NCBI GenBank assembly: GCA_004431415.1
Contig: QPMI01000063.1
Location: 62,001-126,000, forward strand
Reading direction: 5' to 3'
DNA from: Cyanophora paradoxa CCMP329
Lineage: Eukaryota; Plantae; Glaucophyta
DNA length: 64,000 nucleotides
The translations under genes were made by a program, and so were the position numbers. The notes beneath the pieces are model-generated. The model was not told where the DNA came from. It did not search any database and saw nothing but the letters and a program-made list of their open reading frames with translations. Shown here piece by piece: positions 49,821 to 61,700 of the stretch (within the stretch, counting starts at the first letter, position 1; every line of letters begins with the position of its first letter).

Positions 49821-51730
49821 CGTTCGTTTTCGGATTACGGACAAGATCCGTGCTCCTGCGGAGCACTAAGTACGGCGAAGCCTCGCGGACGCCCTCGCGG
49901 CTGTCACAGTAGGCCTACAGGGCACTCACCGACTGCCAGGCTGGCCAGCGGCCTGGCCGATCGCGAACAGCTTTCTGGCTGGAAGCTGGCTGGCTGACGG
50001 CCAGTCCAGCTAGCGCTGGCCGGCTAGAGGAATATTAATGTACTGAGGAAATAAAGGGTGGAGCAGATTGAGAGGAGATTAATAATATAATATTGTTGGG
50101 AAGGAGGCCCGGGAGGGGCGAGGTTCTCGCGGCCAGGCGCATGCACAGATCTCGCGAATCGCTTAAACAGAATCTCGAATTCGAATTCATATAGCATCGA
50201 TGTGTAGGGCTGCGGAGGCGAGGGCGCGCGGAAAGATGTGCAGGCGTGGCCAGGATCGAATTTTTGCGTCGGCTGGATTGCCGCGCCCTGTTGCGTCCGC
50301 AGAGCTTGCGAAAGGCTTTTAAAACATCTCTGATGAATATTGTAGCGATGCCCGTGCGTGAGGATGCGAGGGCGCGCGGAAAGATGTGCAGGTCTGTCCA
50401 GGATCGAATTTTCGGGGTCGGCTGGGTCCCGCGGCCCGGCGCATCCGTAAAGCGAGCGGAAGGCTTCTTCTACATCTCAAATGCTTATGCTATTGTTCCG
50501 CGCATGCACCGCGGCGTGGGCGCGCGGAAAGATGTCCGGGTCCGTGCAGGATCGAATTTTTGCTGCCGGCTGGGTTCTCGTGCTCTTTCGCGTCTTCGAA
50601 GCTTGTGGAAGGCTTTGATAAAATCCCAAATGAATATAGTAGCGATGTGCTTGCGTGAGGATGCGAGGGCGCGCGGAAAGACGTGCAGGTCCGTGAAGGA
50701 TCGAATTTTCGGGGTCGGCTGGGTCCTCGCGGCCCGGCGCATCCGTAAACCGTGCGGAATGCTTTGTCTACATCTCAAATGCTTATGCTATTGTTCCGCG
50801 CATGCGCCGCGGCGTGGGCGCGCGGAAAGATGTCCGGGTCCGTGCAGGATCGAATTTTTGCCGTCCGCTGGGTTCTCGTGCTCTTTCGCGTCTTCGAAGC
50901 TTGTGGAAGGCTTTGATAAAATCTGAAATGAATATTGTAGCGATGCGCATGCGCGAGAATGCGAGGGCGCGCGGAAAGATGTTCAGGTCCGTCCAGGATC
51001 GAATTTTCGGGGTCGGCTGGGTCCTCGCGGCCTGGTGCATTTAGAGACCGTGCGGAAGTCTTCTTCTACATCTCAAATGCTTATGCTATCGTTCCGCGCG
51101 TGCGCCGCGGCGTGGGCGCGCGGAAAGATGTCCGGGCCCGTGTGGGATCGAATTTTTGCCGTCGGGTACCTTCCTGCGCTGTTCCGGCTCCGAAAAGCGG
51201 ATTTCGGGGGCGCGCAGGCCCTGCTATGTCTATACGCGCCAGTACGCATCGATTGCGCGCATCGCGGGACCGGCCGGAACCGGGAGGATCACCGAAATCG
51301 AGCTTGCGGCGATGCGCTCGCCCTCGCCCGTCATTCTGTATCGTTCTGGGGCGTCCCTGGCGCGATTTCGTCGCGGGACCGGGCGGGACCGGGTCCCACC
51401 TTCTGACTCGGACTGTGTTTGTCGGGGGTTAAGTTCCGGAATTGATCCAGAGGGAAATTCGATGTTCGCGCGACGTCCACGGGGGAGCGGTCGTCTTAGG
51501 GGAGCCAGGACGCTAAAAATGGATCTAGAGGGGTCTGTGGCGGTTCGGGCAACTGTGTAATGTCCATCAATCGCGTCCGTGTCGAGGCAGAATTAATAAT
51601 TCTGCCTCGAGGGAGTGTGACACGGAAATTATTTAGCAGGGGGGATCTCGAGTGGAAAAAAAGGTTAAAAAAGGAATTTCGCTCGGCGGTTTTTGGGTTT
51701 GAGAAAGAGGCTTCGCCTGAAGAGGCTTCG
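49590..51730 (+). repeat. ~2.1-kb near-identical duplicate of ~55380-57525
   Basis: Identical ORF translations at offset 5792-5793 (49755/55547; 50802/56595; 51156/56949). Confidence 0.88.
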
Positions 51731-53089
51731 CCCGAGGAGCTTCGAGTCCAAAAATAAGTGTCACGTCCGTGGGCAACTATGTAATGTCCGGGACCGTTCG
51801 CCTTCGTTGCGGAGGTTGCGTATCAGGACGCTCGGACCAATCGAACTCGACTGGAAAAAAAGGAAAAGGGGGCGTTCGTTTTCGGATTACGGAAGAGGCT
51901 TCGCCCGACAAGCCCTGGGCCCCTGCGGGTCCCAAACATCGGGCGAAGCCTCAGCGGCCCTTCTCGCGCCCCCCTTTATCATCGCGGCCCGTCGTGGCTG
52001 TTGCTGGGTCGGTGGGGCAGGGAGAGGGGAGGGGAGGGCTGCTGAGAGGGAATATAATTATGGGGGGAGTTGTCCTGAGTGGAGTTGTCCTGAGAGAATA
52101 TAATTATGGAATTAGGGGAATTGGTGAGAATATAATGAGGGGAGGAGTAGTGCCGCCAATCAGCTAGCTGTAGTTGAGCTCGAGGCCCTGAGGAAATTGA
52201 GAGGAGAGTGTTGAGGGGACGGGCGAGATTCGCGTGGCCAGGCGCATGCGGAGAGGTTATAAATCGCTTAAACAGAGTCTCCAATGCATACAGGATCGAT
52301 ATGCAGGGCTGCAGAGGCGAGGGCCCGCGGAAATATGTGCAGGCCTGTGCAGGATCGAGAATTTGGCGTCGGCTGGGTTCTCGTGCTCTTTCGCCCCCAG
52401 AGAGCTTGCGGAAGGCTTCGTCTAGATCTTAAATGAATACTGTAGCGATGGGCATGCGCCGCGGCGCGAGGGCGCGCGGAAAGATGTTCAGGTCCGTCAA
52501 GGATCGAATTTTCGGGGACGGCTGGGTCCTCGCGGCCCGGCGCATTTAGAAAGCGTACGGAAGGCTTCTTCTATATCTCAAATGCTTATAATATTGATGC
52601 GCGCATGCGCCGCGGCGTCGGCGCGCGGAAAGTTGCCCGGGGCTGTGCAGGATCGAATTTCTGCTATTGGGCACCTTCCTGCGCTGTTCCGGCTCCGAAA
52701 AGCGGATATCTGGAGTGCGCAGGCCCTGCTATGTCTATGCGCGCCAGTACGCATCGAATGCGCGCGTCGCGGGACCGGCCGGAACCGCCCGGATCAAAAT
52801 TTCGGCCGAGTGTGTGGACTGGAGGGTGGGCGGCAGCCGCAATCGAGCTTGCCGCGATGCGTGCGCTCTTGGCTGTCATTCGGACCGCTCTGGGGCGTCC
52901 CTGGCGCGCTTTCGTCGCGGGACCGGGTCCCACTTTTTGGGGTTTTCGCGATCGAACCGGGGTATAAATACCGGAATTGATCCACGAGGGTAATTCTTCG
53001 GATGACGCCCACGGGAGAGCGGTCGTCTTAGACGAATTCTAGGGGAGCTAAGAGTCCGGAAATAATTCAGTGGAGTCGAGTCACGTCTA

Positions 53090-53350
53090 CCGTAGAACAC
53101 AATATTATGTCATGCAAATTTATGTCGTTTGAAAACCCGAGCCTTCTATATGCGAAATATGACGTCCCCAAATTATGTCGGCATGAAATTTTCAGGCTTG
53201 TATGGGGCGGTAAAATTGGGGGATACTGTATGGGGCGGCTTAGCGAGCCCGTATTATGACGTCCCCAAATTATGTCGTTTTGTCCCGTCCGAGGCGACAT
53301 AATTTCGGGACGACATAATAAAGTACAGACCTTAATATTGTGTTCTACGG
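53090..53350. mobile_element. 261-bp MITE, Tc1/mariner-pogo type
   Basis: Perfect 18-bp TIRs CCGTAGAACACAATATTA / TAATATTGTGTTCTACGG, TA on both sides (53088-89, 53351-52), internal TTATGTCG / GACGTCCCCAAATTATGTCG repeats. Confidence 0.88.
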
Positions 53351-54236
53351 TATGTCACGTCGGAGATCGGTCGCCTTCGATGCGGAGGTTGCGAACTTGG
53401 AGATTCGGACGAATCGGAGAAGAGTGGAAACAAAGGAAAAAAGGGCGTTCGTTTTAGGGTTACGGACAAGCCCTGGGCCCCTGCGGGTCCCAAACATCGG
53501 GCGAAGCCTCAGCGGCCCACCTCGCGCCCCCCTTAATCATCGCGGCCCGTCGTGGCTGTTGCTGGGTCGGTGGGGCAGGGAGAGGGGAGGGGAGGGCTGG
53601 TGAGAGGGAATATAATTATATATATGGGAGTAGTTGTCCTGAGAGGAGCTGTCCTGAGAGAATATGATTTTGTAATTAGGAGAATTGCTGCAGGTGAGAG
53701 ATAATATAATGAGGGGAGGAGTGGTGCTGCCAATCAGCTAGCTGTATAGTTGAGGTTGAGGAAATTGACAGGAGATTGTTGAGGGGAGGGGCGAGGTTCT
53801 CGTGGCCAGGCGCATGCGCACAGCCTATAAATCGCTTAAACAGAATCTCGGATGCATGCAGGATCGATGTGCAGGGTTGCAGAGACAAGGGCGCGCGGAA
53901 ATATGTGTAGGCCTGTCCAGGATCGAAACTTTGGCGTCGGCTGGGTTCTCCTGCTCTGTCTCGGCCACAGAGCTTGCGGAAGGCTTCGAGTAGGTCTCAA
54001 ACGAATACTGTAGCGATGGGCATGCGTGAGGACGCGATGGCGCGCGGAAAGATGCACAGGTCCGTCCAGGATCGAATTTTCGGGGTCGGCTGGGTCCTCG
54101 CGGCCCGGCGCATTTAGAGACCGTGCAGAAGTCTTGTTCTACTACATCTGAAATGCATAAGCGATTGATGCGCGCATGCGCCGTGGCCTGGGCGCGCGGA
54201 AAGATGCCCGGGGTTGTGCAGGATCGAATTTTTGCC

Positions 54237-55079
54237 TTGAAAAACTTTCCCACCGCGTCGGCGCGCGGCTGGCTGCGGCCCGTCCATGGCGCCGCCGCTG
54301 TCGCTCAGCGTGACCAGCGTGAGGTAGGCGGCTGGCGCGCCGAGCGGCGGCGCGAAATGGGCGTCGAGTTGGCGCCTCGGCAGCCGGCCTTGTCGCCGGC
54401 CATTCCGCAGGAGATTCAGGAGCGCGCGCGTCAGGGGTTAGCTTCTATGATGTCTCCGGCTCGGCGAGCAGTGCCGCGGGAGCGGTCGCGGCGACGTCGG
54501 CTGGCCGCAATGTCGGCCAGCTTTCGCGCAAAGCCCACGCCGCCATGCGCCGCAGCGTTAGTGAACGCGCGGTAGCCGTGGTGTGGCACACTGGCGCGGC
54601 GACGTGTTCCGTCAACACGCGGACGGCGCCCGGCCCCCGCTCCCTTGCTTGGCAGCTGGGGCTCATCGGCGCTCTCTCATTTCGTTCCGCTCATCATCTC
54701 CTCGCAGTCGAGTCGCTAGATGGCGGTTCTTTTCCACATGCAGGGAAGCTCAGGTCTTTCCGTCGACTTTTGCTTGTCAGGCGTAGTGCCTCTCCTGCCC
54801 TCCGCTATACGTGGGTCTTCCCTAGGGCGGACTTCCACGTCTGGAGGGTGTTTGCGCGCTCTGTTTGCCTTCATCGGTCTGCGTAGGGCGCTGGGCTTTT
54901 TCTGCAGGTGTATCTTTCGGCCTCTCGCCCCATTTGTAGATATAGGACGTAGATAGAATTTCCCACCACTTAGACAGAGCACAGCACTCGACGGTCCTCA
55001 ATGTTATCTAGTCGGAGAGATAAATTGGGCGATGTGAAACTCCTAGTAGTTGTTGTTGTGTGCTAATGCAAATCCTTCC
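54237..55079 (+). mobile_element. 843-bp insertion with 18-bp target-site duplication (probable truncated non-LTR retroelement or SINE-like)
   Basis: CAGGATCGAATTTTTGCC at 54219-54236 and 55080-55097; removing the insert and one copy restores a normal array unit. No TIRs; (GTT)n near the right end. Strand tentative. Confidence 0.75.
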
Positions 55080-58000
55080 CAGGATCGAATTTTTGCCGAC
55101 GGGCACCTTTCTGCGCTGATCCGGCTCCGAAAACCGGATTTCTAGAGTGCGCAGGCCCTGCTATGTCTATGCGCGCCAGTGCGCATCGAATGCGCGCGTC
55201 GGGGGACCGGCCGGAACCAGCCGGATCAAAATTTCGGTCGAGTCTCTGGACTGGAGCGTCGAGGGCGGCCCGGCGGCCGAAATCGAGCTTGGCGTGATGC
55301 GCGCGCTCTTGGCTGTCATTCTGACCGCTGTGGGGCGTTCCTGGCGCGCTTTCGTCGCGGGACCGGGTCCCATTTTTTGGAGTTTCGCGATCGAGCCGGG
55401 GTATAAATACCGGAATTGATCCTGGAGGGAAATTCGATTTTCGCACGACGCCCACGGGAGAGCGGTCGTCTTAGCGGAGCTTCGAGTCCAAAAATAAGTG
55501 TCACGTCCGTGGGCAACTATGTAATGTCCGGGACCGTTCGCCTTCGTTGCGGAGGTTGCGAATCAGGACGCTCGGACCAATCGAACTCGACTGGAAAAAA
55601 AGGAAAAGGGGGCGTTCGTTTTCGGATTACGGACAAGATCCGTGCTCCTGCGGAGCACTAAGTACGGCGAAGCCTCGCGGACGCCCTCGCGGCTGTCACA
55701 GTAGGCCTACAGGGCACTCACCGACTGCCAGGCTGGCCAGCGGCCTGGCCGATCGCGAACAGCTTTCTGGCTGGAAGCTGGCTGGCTGACGGCCAGTCCA
55801 GCTAGCGCTGGCCGGCTAGAGGAATATTAATGTACTGAGGAAATAAAGGGTGGAGCAGATTGAGAGGAGATTAATAATATAATATTGTTGGGAAGGAGGC
55901 CCGGGAGGGGCGAGGTTCTCGCGGCCAGGCGCATGCACAGATCTCGCGAATCGCTTAAACAGAATCTCGAATTCGAATTCATATAGCATCGATGTGTAGG
56001 GCTGCGGAGGCGAGGGCGCGCGGAAAGATGTGCAGGCGTGGCCAGGATCGAATTTTTGCGTCGGCTGGATTGCCGCGCCCTGTTGCGTCCGCAGAGCTTG
56101 CGAAAGGCTTTTAAAACATCTCTGATGAATATTGTAGCGATGCCCGTGCGTGAGGATGCGAGGGCGCGCGGAAAGATGTGCAGGTCTGTCCAGGATCGAA
56201 TTTTCGGGGTCGGCTGGGTCCCCGCGGCCCGGCGCATCCGTAAAGCGAGCGGAAGGCTTCTTCTACATCTCAAATGCTTATGCTATTGTTCCGCGCATGC
56301 ACCGCGGCGTGGGCGCGCGGAAAGATGTCCGGGTCCGTGCAGGATCGAATTTTTGCTGCCGGCTGGGTTCTCGTGCTCTTTCGCGTCTTCGAAGCTTGTG
56401 GAAGGCTTTGATAAAATCCCAAATGAATATAGTAGCGATGTGCTTGCGTGAGGATGCGAGGGCGCGCGGAAAGACGTGCAGGTCCGTGAAGGATCGAATT
56501 TTCGGGGTCGGCTGGGTCCTCGCGGCCCGGCGCATCCGTAAACCGTGCGGAATGCTTTGTCTACATCTCAAATGCTTATGCTATTGTTCCGCGCATGCGC
56601 CGCGGCGTGGGCGCGCGGAAAGATGTCCGGGTCCGTGCAGGATCGAATTTTTGCCGTCCGCTGGGTTCTCGTGCTCTTTCGCGTCTTCGAAGCTTGTGGA
56701 AGGCTTTGATAAAATCTGAAATGAATATTGTAGCGATGCGCATGCGCGAGAATGCGAGGGCGCGCGGAAAGATGTTCAGGTCCGTCCAGGATCGAATTTT
56801 CGGGGTCGGCTGGGTCCTCGCGGCCTGGTGCATTTAGAGACCGTGCGGAAGTCTTCTTCTACATCTCAAATGCTTATGCTATCGTTCCGCGCGTGCGCCG
56901 CGGCGTGGGCGCGCGGAAAGATGTCCGGGCCCGTGTGGGATCGAATTTTTGCCGTCGGGTACCTTCCTGCGCTGTTCCGGCTCCGAAAAGCGGATTTCGG
57001 GGGCGCGCAGGCCCTGCTATGTCTATACGCGCCAGTACGCATCGATTGCGCGCATCGCGGGACCGGCCGGAACCGGGAGGATCACCGAAATCGAGCTTGC
57101 GGCGATGCGCTCGCCCTCGCCCGTCATTCTGTATCGTTCTGGGGCGTCCCTGGCGCGATTTCGTCGCGGGACCGGGCGGGACCGGGTCCCACCTTCTGAC
57201 TCGGACTGTGTTTGTCGGGGGTTAAGTTCCGGAATTGATCCAGAGGGAAATTCGATGTTCGCGCGACGTCCACGGGGGAGCGGTCGTCTTAGGGGAGCCA
57301 GGACGCTAAAAATGGATCTAGAGGGGTCTGTGGCGGTTCGGGCAACTGTGTAATGTCCATCAATCGCGTCCGTGTCGAGGCAGAATTAATAATTCTGCCT
57401 CGAGGGAGTGTGACACGGAAATTATTTAGCAGGGGGGATCTCGAGTGGAAAAAAAGGTTAAAAAAGGAATTTCGCTCGGCGGTTTTTGGGTTTGAGAAAG
57501 AGGCTTCGCCTGAAGAGGCTTCGCCCGAAGAGGCTTCGCCCGAAGAGGCTTCGCCTGAAATAATTGCAAGGGGGGAAAGAAGACCGAAGGTCTTCCCCCC
57601 CCTGGCTTCCCGTTCCCTCGCTTCAGCCAAAATTTTTCTATGAGGCCGTTTTCGAGGTCCAGTTTGCAACAAAAAATGATGGTTATTCGCGTTCGGATTG
57701 GCTCGGTGGACCGGTCAGCTCTCGACTTTCGAGCGTCGAATTCGAGGGGAAAAAGTGGTTTTCGAGGGGAAACTACCTTCTCTCTTACTCCGGTCTTCAA
57801 ATTCCTTGCGCAGTTCTGCATGGAACCAGTTCTCCCTAGCTGTCTCCTCTAGATTTCGGCTTCTTCGCAGTGCGTCGCGTACGCCTTGCTCTTAATTCGT
57901 TGCGCGGTTCTGCATGGAACCACTTCTCTCTACCTGTCAACGTCTCCTCTAGATCTACTAGGCTAGATTTCCGCCTGCAAACTGCTTGCGCATGCGTTGC

Positions 58001-58513
58001 TGCCTGCGCCGCTGCAGCTGATCGCAGCCGAGCACGCCCGGCCGGCCAGATCTAGACCGTACTCTCTTGCTGCGCTTATATCGAGCTTATATCGAGCTTA
58101 TATTGCAGAACCGCGTGTGCCGGCCGAGCACGCCGGCCGGGCCGGGCGCTCGGCGCTCTTGTTGCGATTGGCACCCGGACAGCAGACTAGCTAGTGTGCT
58201 GCGCACGACGTGGCCGCAGTGGCGCTTGTCCGCTCATTCGGCACCCCGCGTGCGCCCTGTGTTGCGCCGCGTGCACGTGCGTGCGCCCCCGCCGCCGCCT
58301 GAATCTGGCCTTTCATTCAGGCTTTTCTTTATTCGGTTAGATCGCAGCGTCTGCATATCAGCCCTTTTCTATTCTTTTCAATCATATATATATAATATGT
58401 GTCTATCTTTACTACTTCAACTAGAAGGAGCGGTGTGGAGTCGAGTCGGTCCTTGGCCCTGCAAGAAGGCTCTGTCTGCCCTAGCTAGGAGCTATCTGTC
58501 GGAGTCTTGGCCC

Positions 58514-58658
58514 TGGGGGAGGGGGGGGGAGGGGAGGCGGGGCGCACGGGGCGTGGGGGGGTGACGGGGGGCGGAGCGGAGGGGGGGGAAGGGGGCGGGG
58601 AGCGGGGTGCACAGCGGGGTGGGGGGGCGGCGGGGGCGAAGCGCTGGAGGGCGGGGCA
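58514..58658 (+). repeat. G-run-rich low-complexity tract (G-quadruplex potential)
   Basis: More than ten runs of 3-8 G just beyond the 3' end of gene copy 3; similar G tracts lie at 12924-12952 and 40393-40423 after copies 1 and 2. Confidence 0.7.
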
Positions 58659-58729
58659 TATATATATACACTTGCAATTGATCATCGGATCAAATTCACT
58701 AGATTATAGAAAGTGAAAAGATTTACACA

Positions 58730-61700
58730 TTATATCAACCCGTAGCGGTTGTGCGGCTTCTTTGCAGACAGCGCTCCACCGGCTTCGACTTCTTCGAATC
58801 CGTCCGGGACGGCGAGCCCCAAATCCAGCCCGGTCGCCCCGCCCCGCGCGCTCGACTTCGCGCGCGCTGTGCCTTCCGGCTCGGGCTGCGCATGCCGCCC
58901 GACTCGCGACCCGCCCCGATCCCAGCGGGGGTCCGAGGCGGGGGCCGACGACGGGGCGTGGCCTGAGCCCGCGCTCTCGATCGCGAGCGACGATGCGGCA
59001 ACGGATCCAGAGCCGGAGCCGCGATTGCGGCCGGAGGCGCTCGGCGGAGGAGCCTGCGCATGCGACTGCGCCGGCTGCTCCCGAGCGGCTGGCGCCGAAC
59101 GCGGCCCGCGGGCGCCGCCGCCGTCGGAGGGAGGCGACGATGTTGGGCTGCCGACGAAGGAGGGCGGCGGCGAAGCGGAGCTCGCCTTTACGCTCGCGAT
59201 CGCGACCGCGCTGGAGCGCGACGAGGCGGCGGCGTCGGCCGGCCTCTGGGCGGCGGGAGAGGGCGCCCGCCCCTGCTGGCCGGCCTGCTTGGCCATGGAC
59301 GTCGAATCGGCTGCGGGCCGCAGCGCTTGGGCCTCTCCGTCGGCTGGGCCCGGCGCCCCGGCCGGCGCCCCGGGACCGTGCAGCTCCGCCAGACCGGCGG
59401 CGACCTCGTCGTGTACTGCGGCTGGCGGGAGCTGGAGCCCCAGCGCGGAGGCCGCGCTGCGGGGCGCGGCGCCCGCCGCGGCCATCGCAGCCGAGCTCGC
59501 GATCGACGATCGCGACGCGGACACAGAGGCGAGGTCCGCGGCGGGGGAGGGCCGGGCCGAGTCGTCCAGCGCCTTCTGCCTCGCGAGCGCGCCGGCCAAA
59601 GAGCGCGGCGCCGGGTCGAACGTGCCCGAGCGAGCCGCAATCGCCGCCAGAGGTCGCAGTTGCTTCTGCTCTCCGCCGGTGCCGGACTCGAAGCGAGCGG
59701 CGGCAGGCGGGGGCGGGGGCGGGGGCACTGGTAACGGGACCTCGAGGGCCGTGCCCAGCGCCGCCGCCGCGTCGCGGAGTGCGCTGTTCGCCGGGCTCGC
59801 GCTCGGCATCGAATCCGGCGGAGGCGGCTCTGCTGAGCGGTTGGCGGCGCCGACCCACAGCGGCGCCAGCGCCCCGACCCGCTCGGCCGGGCGCGCCTCG
59901 CCGAGGCCCTGCGTGTCCAGGAACTGGGCCAGCGTCGGCAGACTCGCGCCCGTGTCGGCGGGAGGAAGCGCCAGCGGCGTGCCCACACCGCGCGGCGGGG
60001 GCCCCGCCTCGTGCGGCTCGTCGTGCGCGGAGCCGCCGCTGCCGGTCCGCAGGAAGGCGCTCGCCCGGGCGACCCACGAGCGCCGCCGCCCGCGCGGGTG
60101 CTGCCCGAGCGCGTCGCCCTCGGTGGCGATGACGACGGTCCGTGCCCCCGGGGCGAGGACGCTGAGGTGCTCGCTCGAGACGTCGGAGGCCGAGCCGGTG
60201 CGCGAGCTCTTCGCGTCGACGAGCGCCATCTGCAGCGTCTCGGGGCGCGCCAAGTACTTCGCGAACCTCGGGTACCGCTGCGAGGCGAGCCGAGTTGAGG
60301 CGAAGGCAATGCGACAAAAGAACGCTTTGGCTCGCCTGCATGAGCTGCAGGAGGGCGACGAAGGCGAGGAGCATCTGGCAGCCGATGTCGATGGCGCTTC
60401 CCGCGAGGGCCGACAGATCGGCGAACATGTCTAGGAGCGAGGCGCGCTCCACGCGGCTGATCTGCGCGCGGCCAGCGTCAGAATTCGCGATCGGGCGAGC
60501 GGCCGTTCGTGCGGGCGGGGCACCCTGACGTGGACGTCGCTCAGCTCGAACGCCGCGCGAAACGCGACCGACTCGCCCGCGCAGGACGGGTGCGACAGCG
60601 GGAGCGTCAACGAGCACAGGCTCTGCCGGCGTGCGTCACGGCGGCGACAACCCAACGAGATGATCAAAGAGCGAGTTTTACGCACGAAGGACTCCTCCTC
60701 CGCCTCTGCGCCCCGGTTTGAAGACGGCCAGAGCGACGTGTCGTAGCGCGGGCTCCCGTCACGCTCGTCCTGCGTTCATTGTGATGCACAGATCGGGAAA
60801 AGGACGCAAGAACAGGAGCGCGAGTTTAATTTGGCACCTCGAAGTGGAGCGGGACGAGGGAGAGGGGCGCGACCACGGGCCGGAGGCCGCGGAACACGCC
60901 GAGCGTGGCGTCCGATCGGGTGCGGACGCGCCCCTTGACGGTCAAGTTTGTCGGCACCTGCCGCCCGTGACCAGGCGCCGTCAGCGCGGCGAGACTTTGC
61001 AGCGCGAATCGTCGCCGTCGCACCTCGATCTTGTACGTGACGGCGACCGCGAGCGCCATGCGGGAGGCGAGGCGCAGCTCGACGGAGACGTTCGTCGCGG
61101 CCGACAGCGTGCAGTTCTGGCACATCCAGTCCACTCTGCAGGCTCCGAGTCATTCGAAGTTCAATGCGCGTCATTCTTTACAAACGGGGCGCACATGCAC
61201 GCCCGCTGTGTCTCGTTGTAGAACGCGGACAGCTGCGGGAGTGACTTCGGATCGTCGTCCACCGGCGCGATGCCACGGAAAGAGGCCGTCGCGCCGACCC
61301 ACGACGCATCCGACGGGGTCGCAAAGCCCGAGGGATCCGCAGAGCCTCGCACGGCGCAGGAGCCGGGGTATCCCACGAACGCCGCCCGGACGGCGAAGAC
61401 GCCCGTGATGTCGCCTGCCGAGGGGGACGCACCGCCGAGGAGCGTCTGGAGGACCGTGTAGTTCGCGATTGCGTACTGGAGGACGACGAACGCCGCCGCG
61501 ATGACGGCGAAGCCCAGGCCGGCGATCGCGAAGACGCCGCCGGCGGCTCGGAGCACGTCTGACGCCGCCTCTAAGTCCGCGTTCTCCTGCAGCGTCTGGT
61601 CGACCACCTCGCTGTACAGGACGTTGATCTTGGCGACCTGTTCGTTCATCGCTGTCAGAGCCCGGCCGTGGCTACGGGTTTCTCCATCATAATATAATGT

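Larger units (their letters stand above)
41426..57560 (+). repeat. Modular macrosatellite: ~8 head-to-tail units of ~1.6-2.4 kb with internal ~90-125-bp subrepeats
   Basis: Unit heads CAAGATCCGTGCTCCTGCGGAGCAC (~41427, 43051, 45152, 49842, 55634) or ACAAGCCCTGGGCCCCTGCGGGTCCC (~47536, 51908, 53466). Core GGCGCGCGGAAAGATGT...CAGGATCGAATTTT recurs dozens of times. Confidence 0.9.

Noticed and set aside
41771-57353. Dozens of ORFs in the macrosatellite
   Set aside because: Overlapping in all frames, frame not conserved between repeat copies, no recognisable domains.
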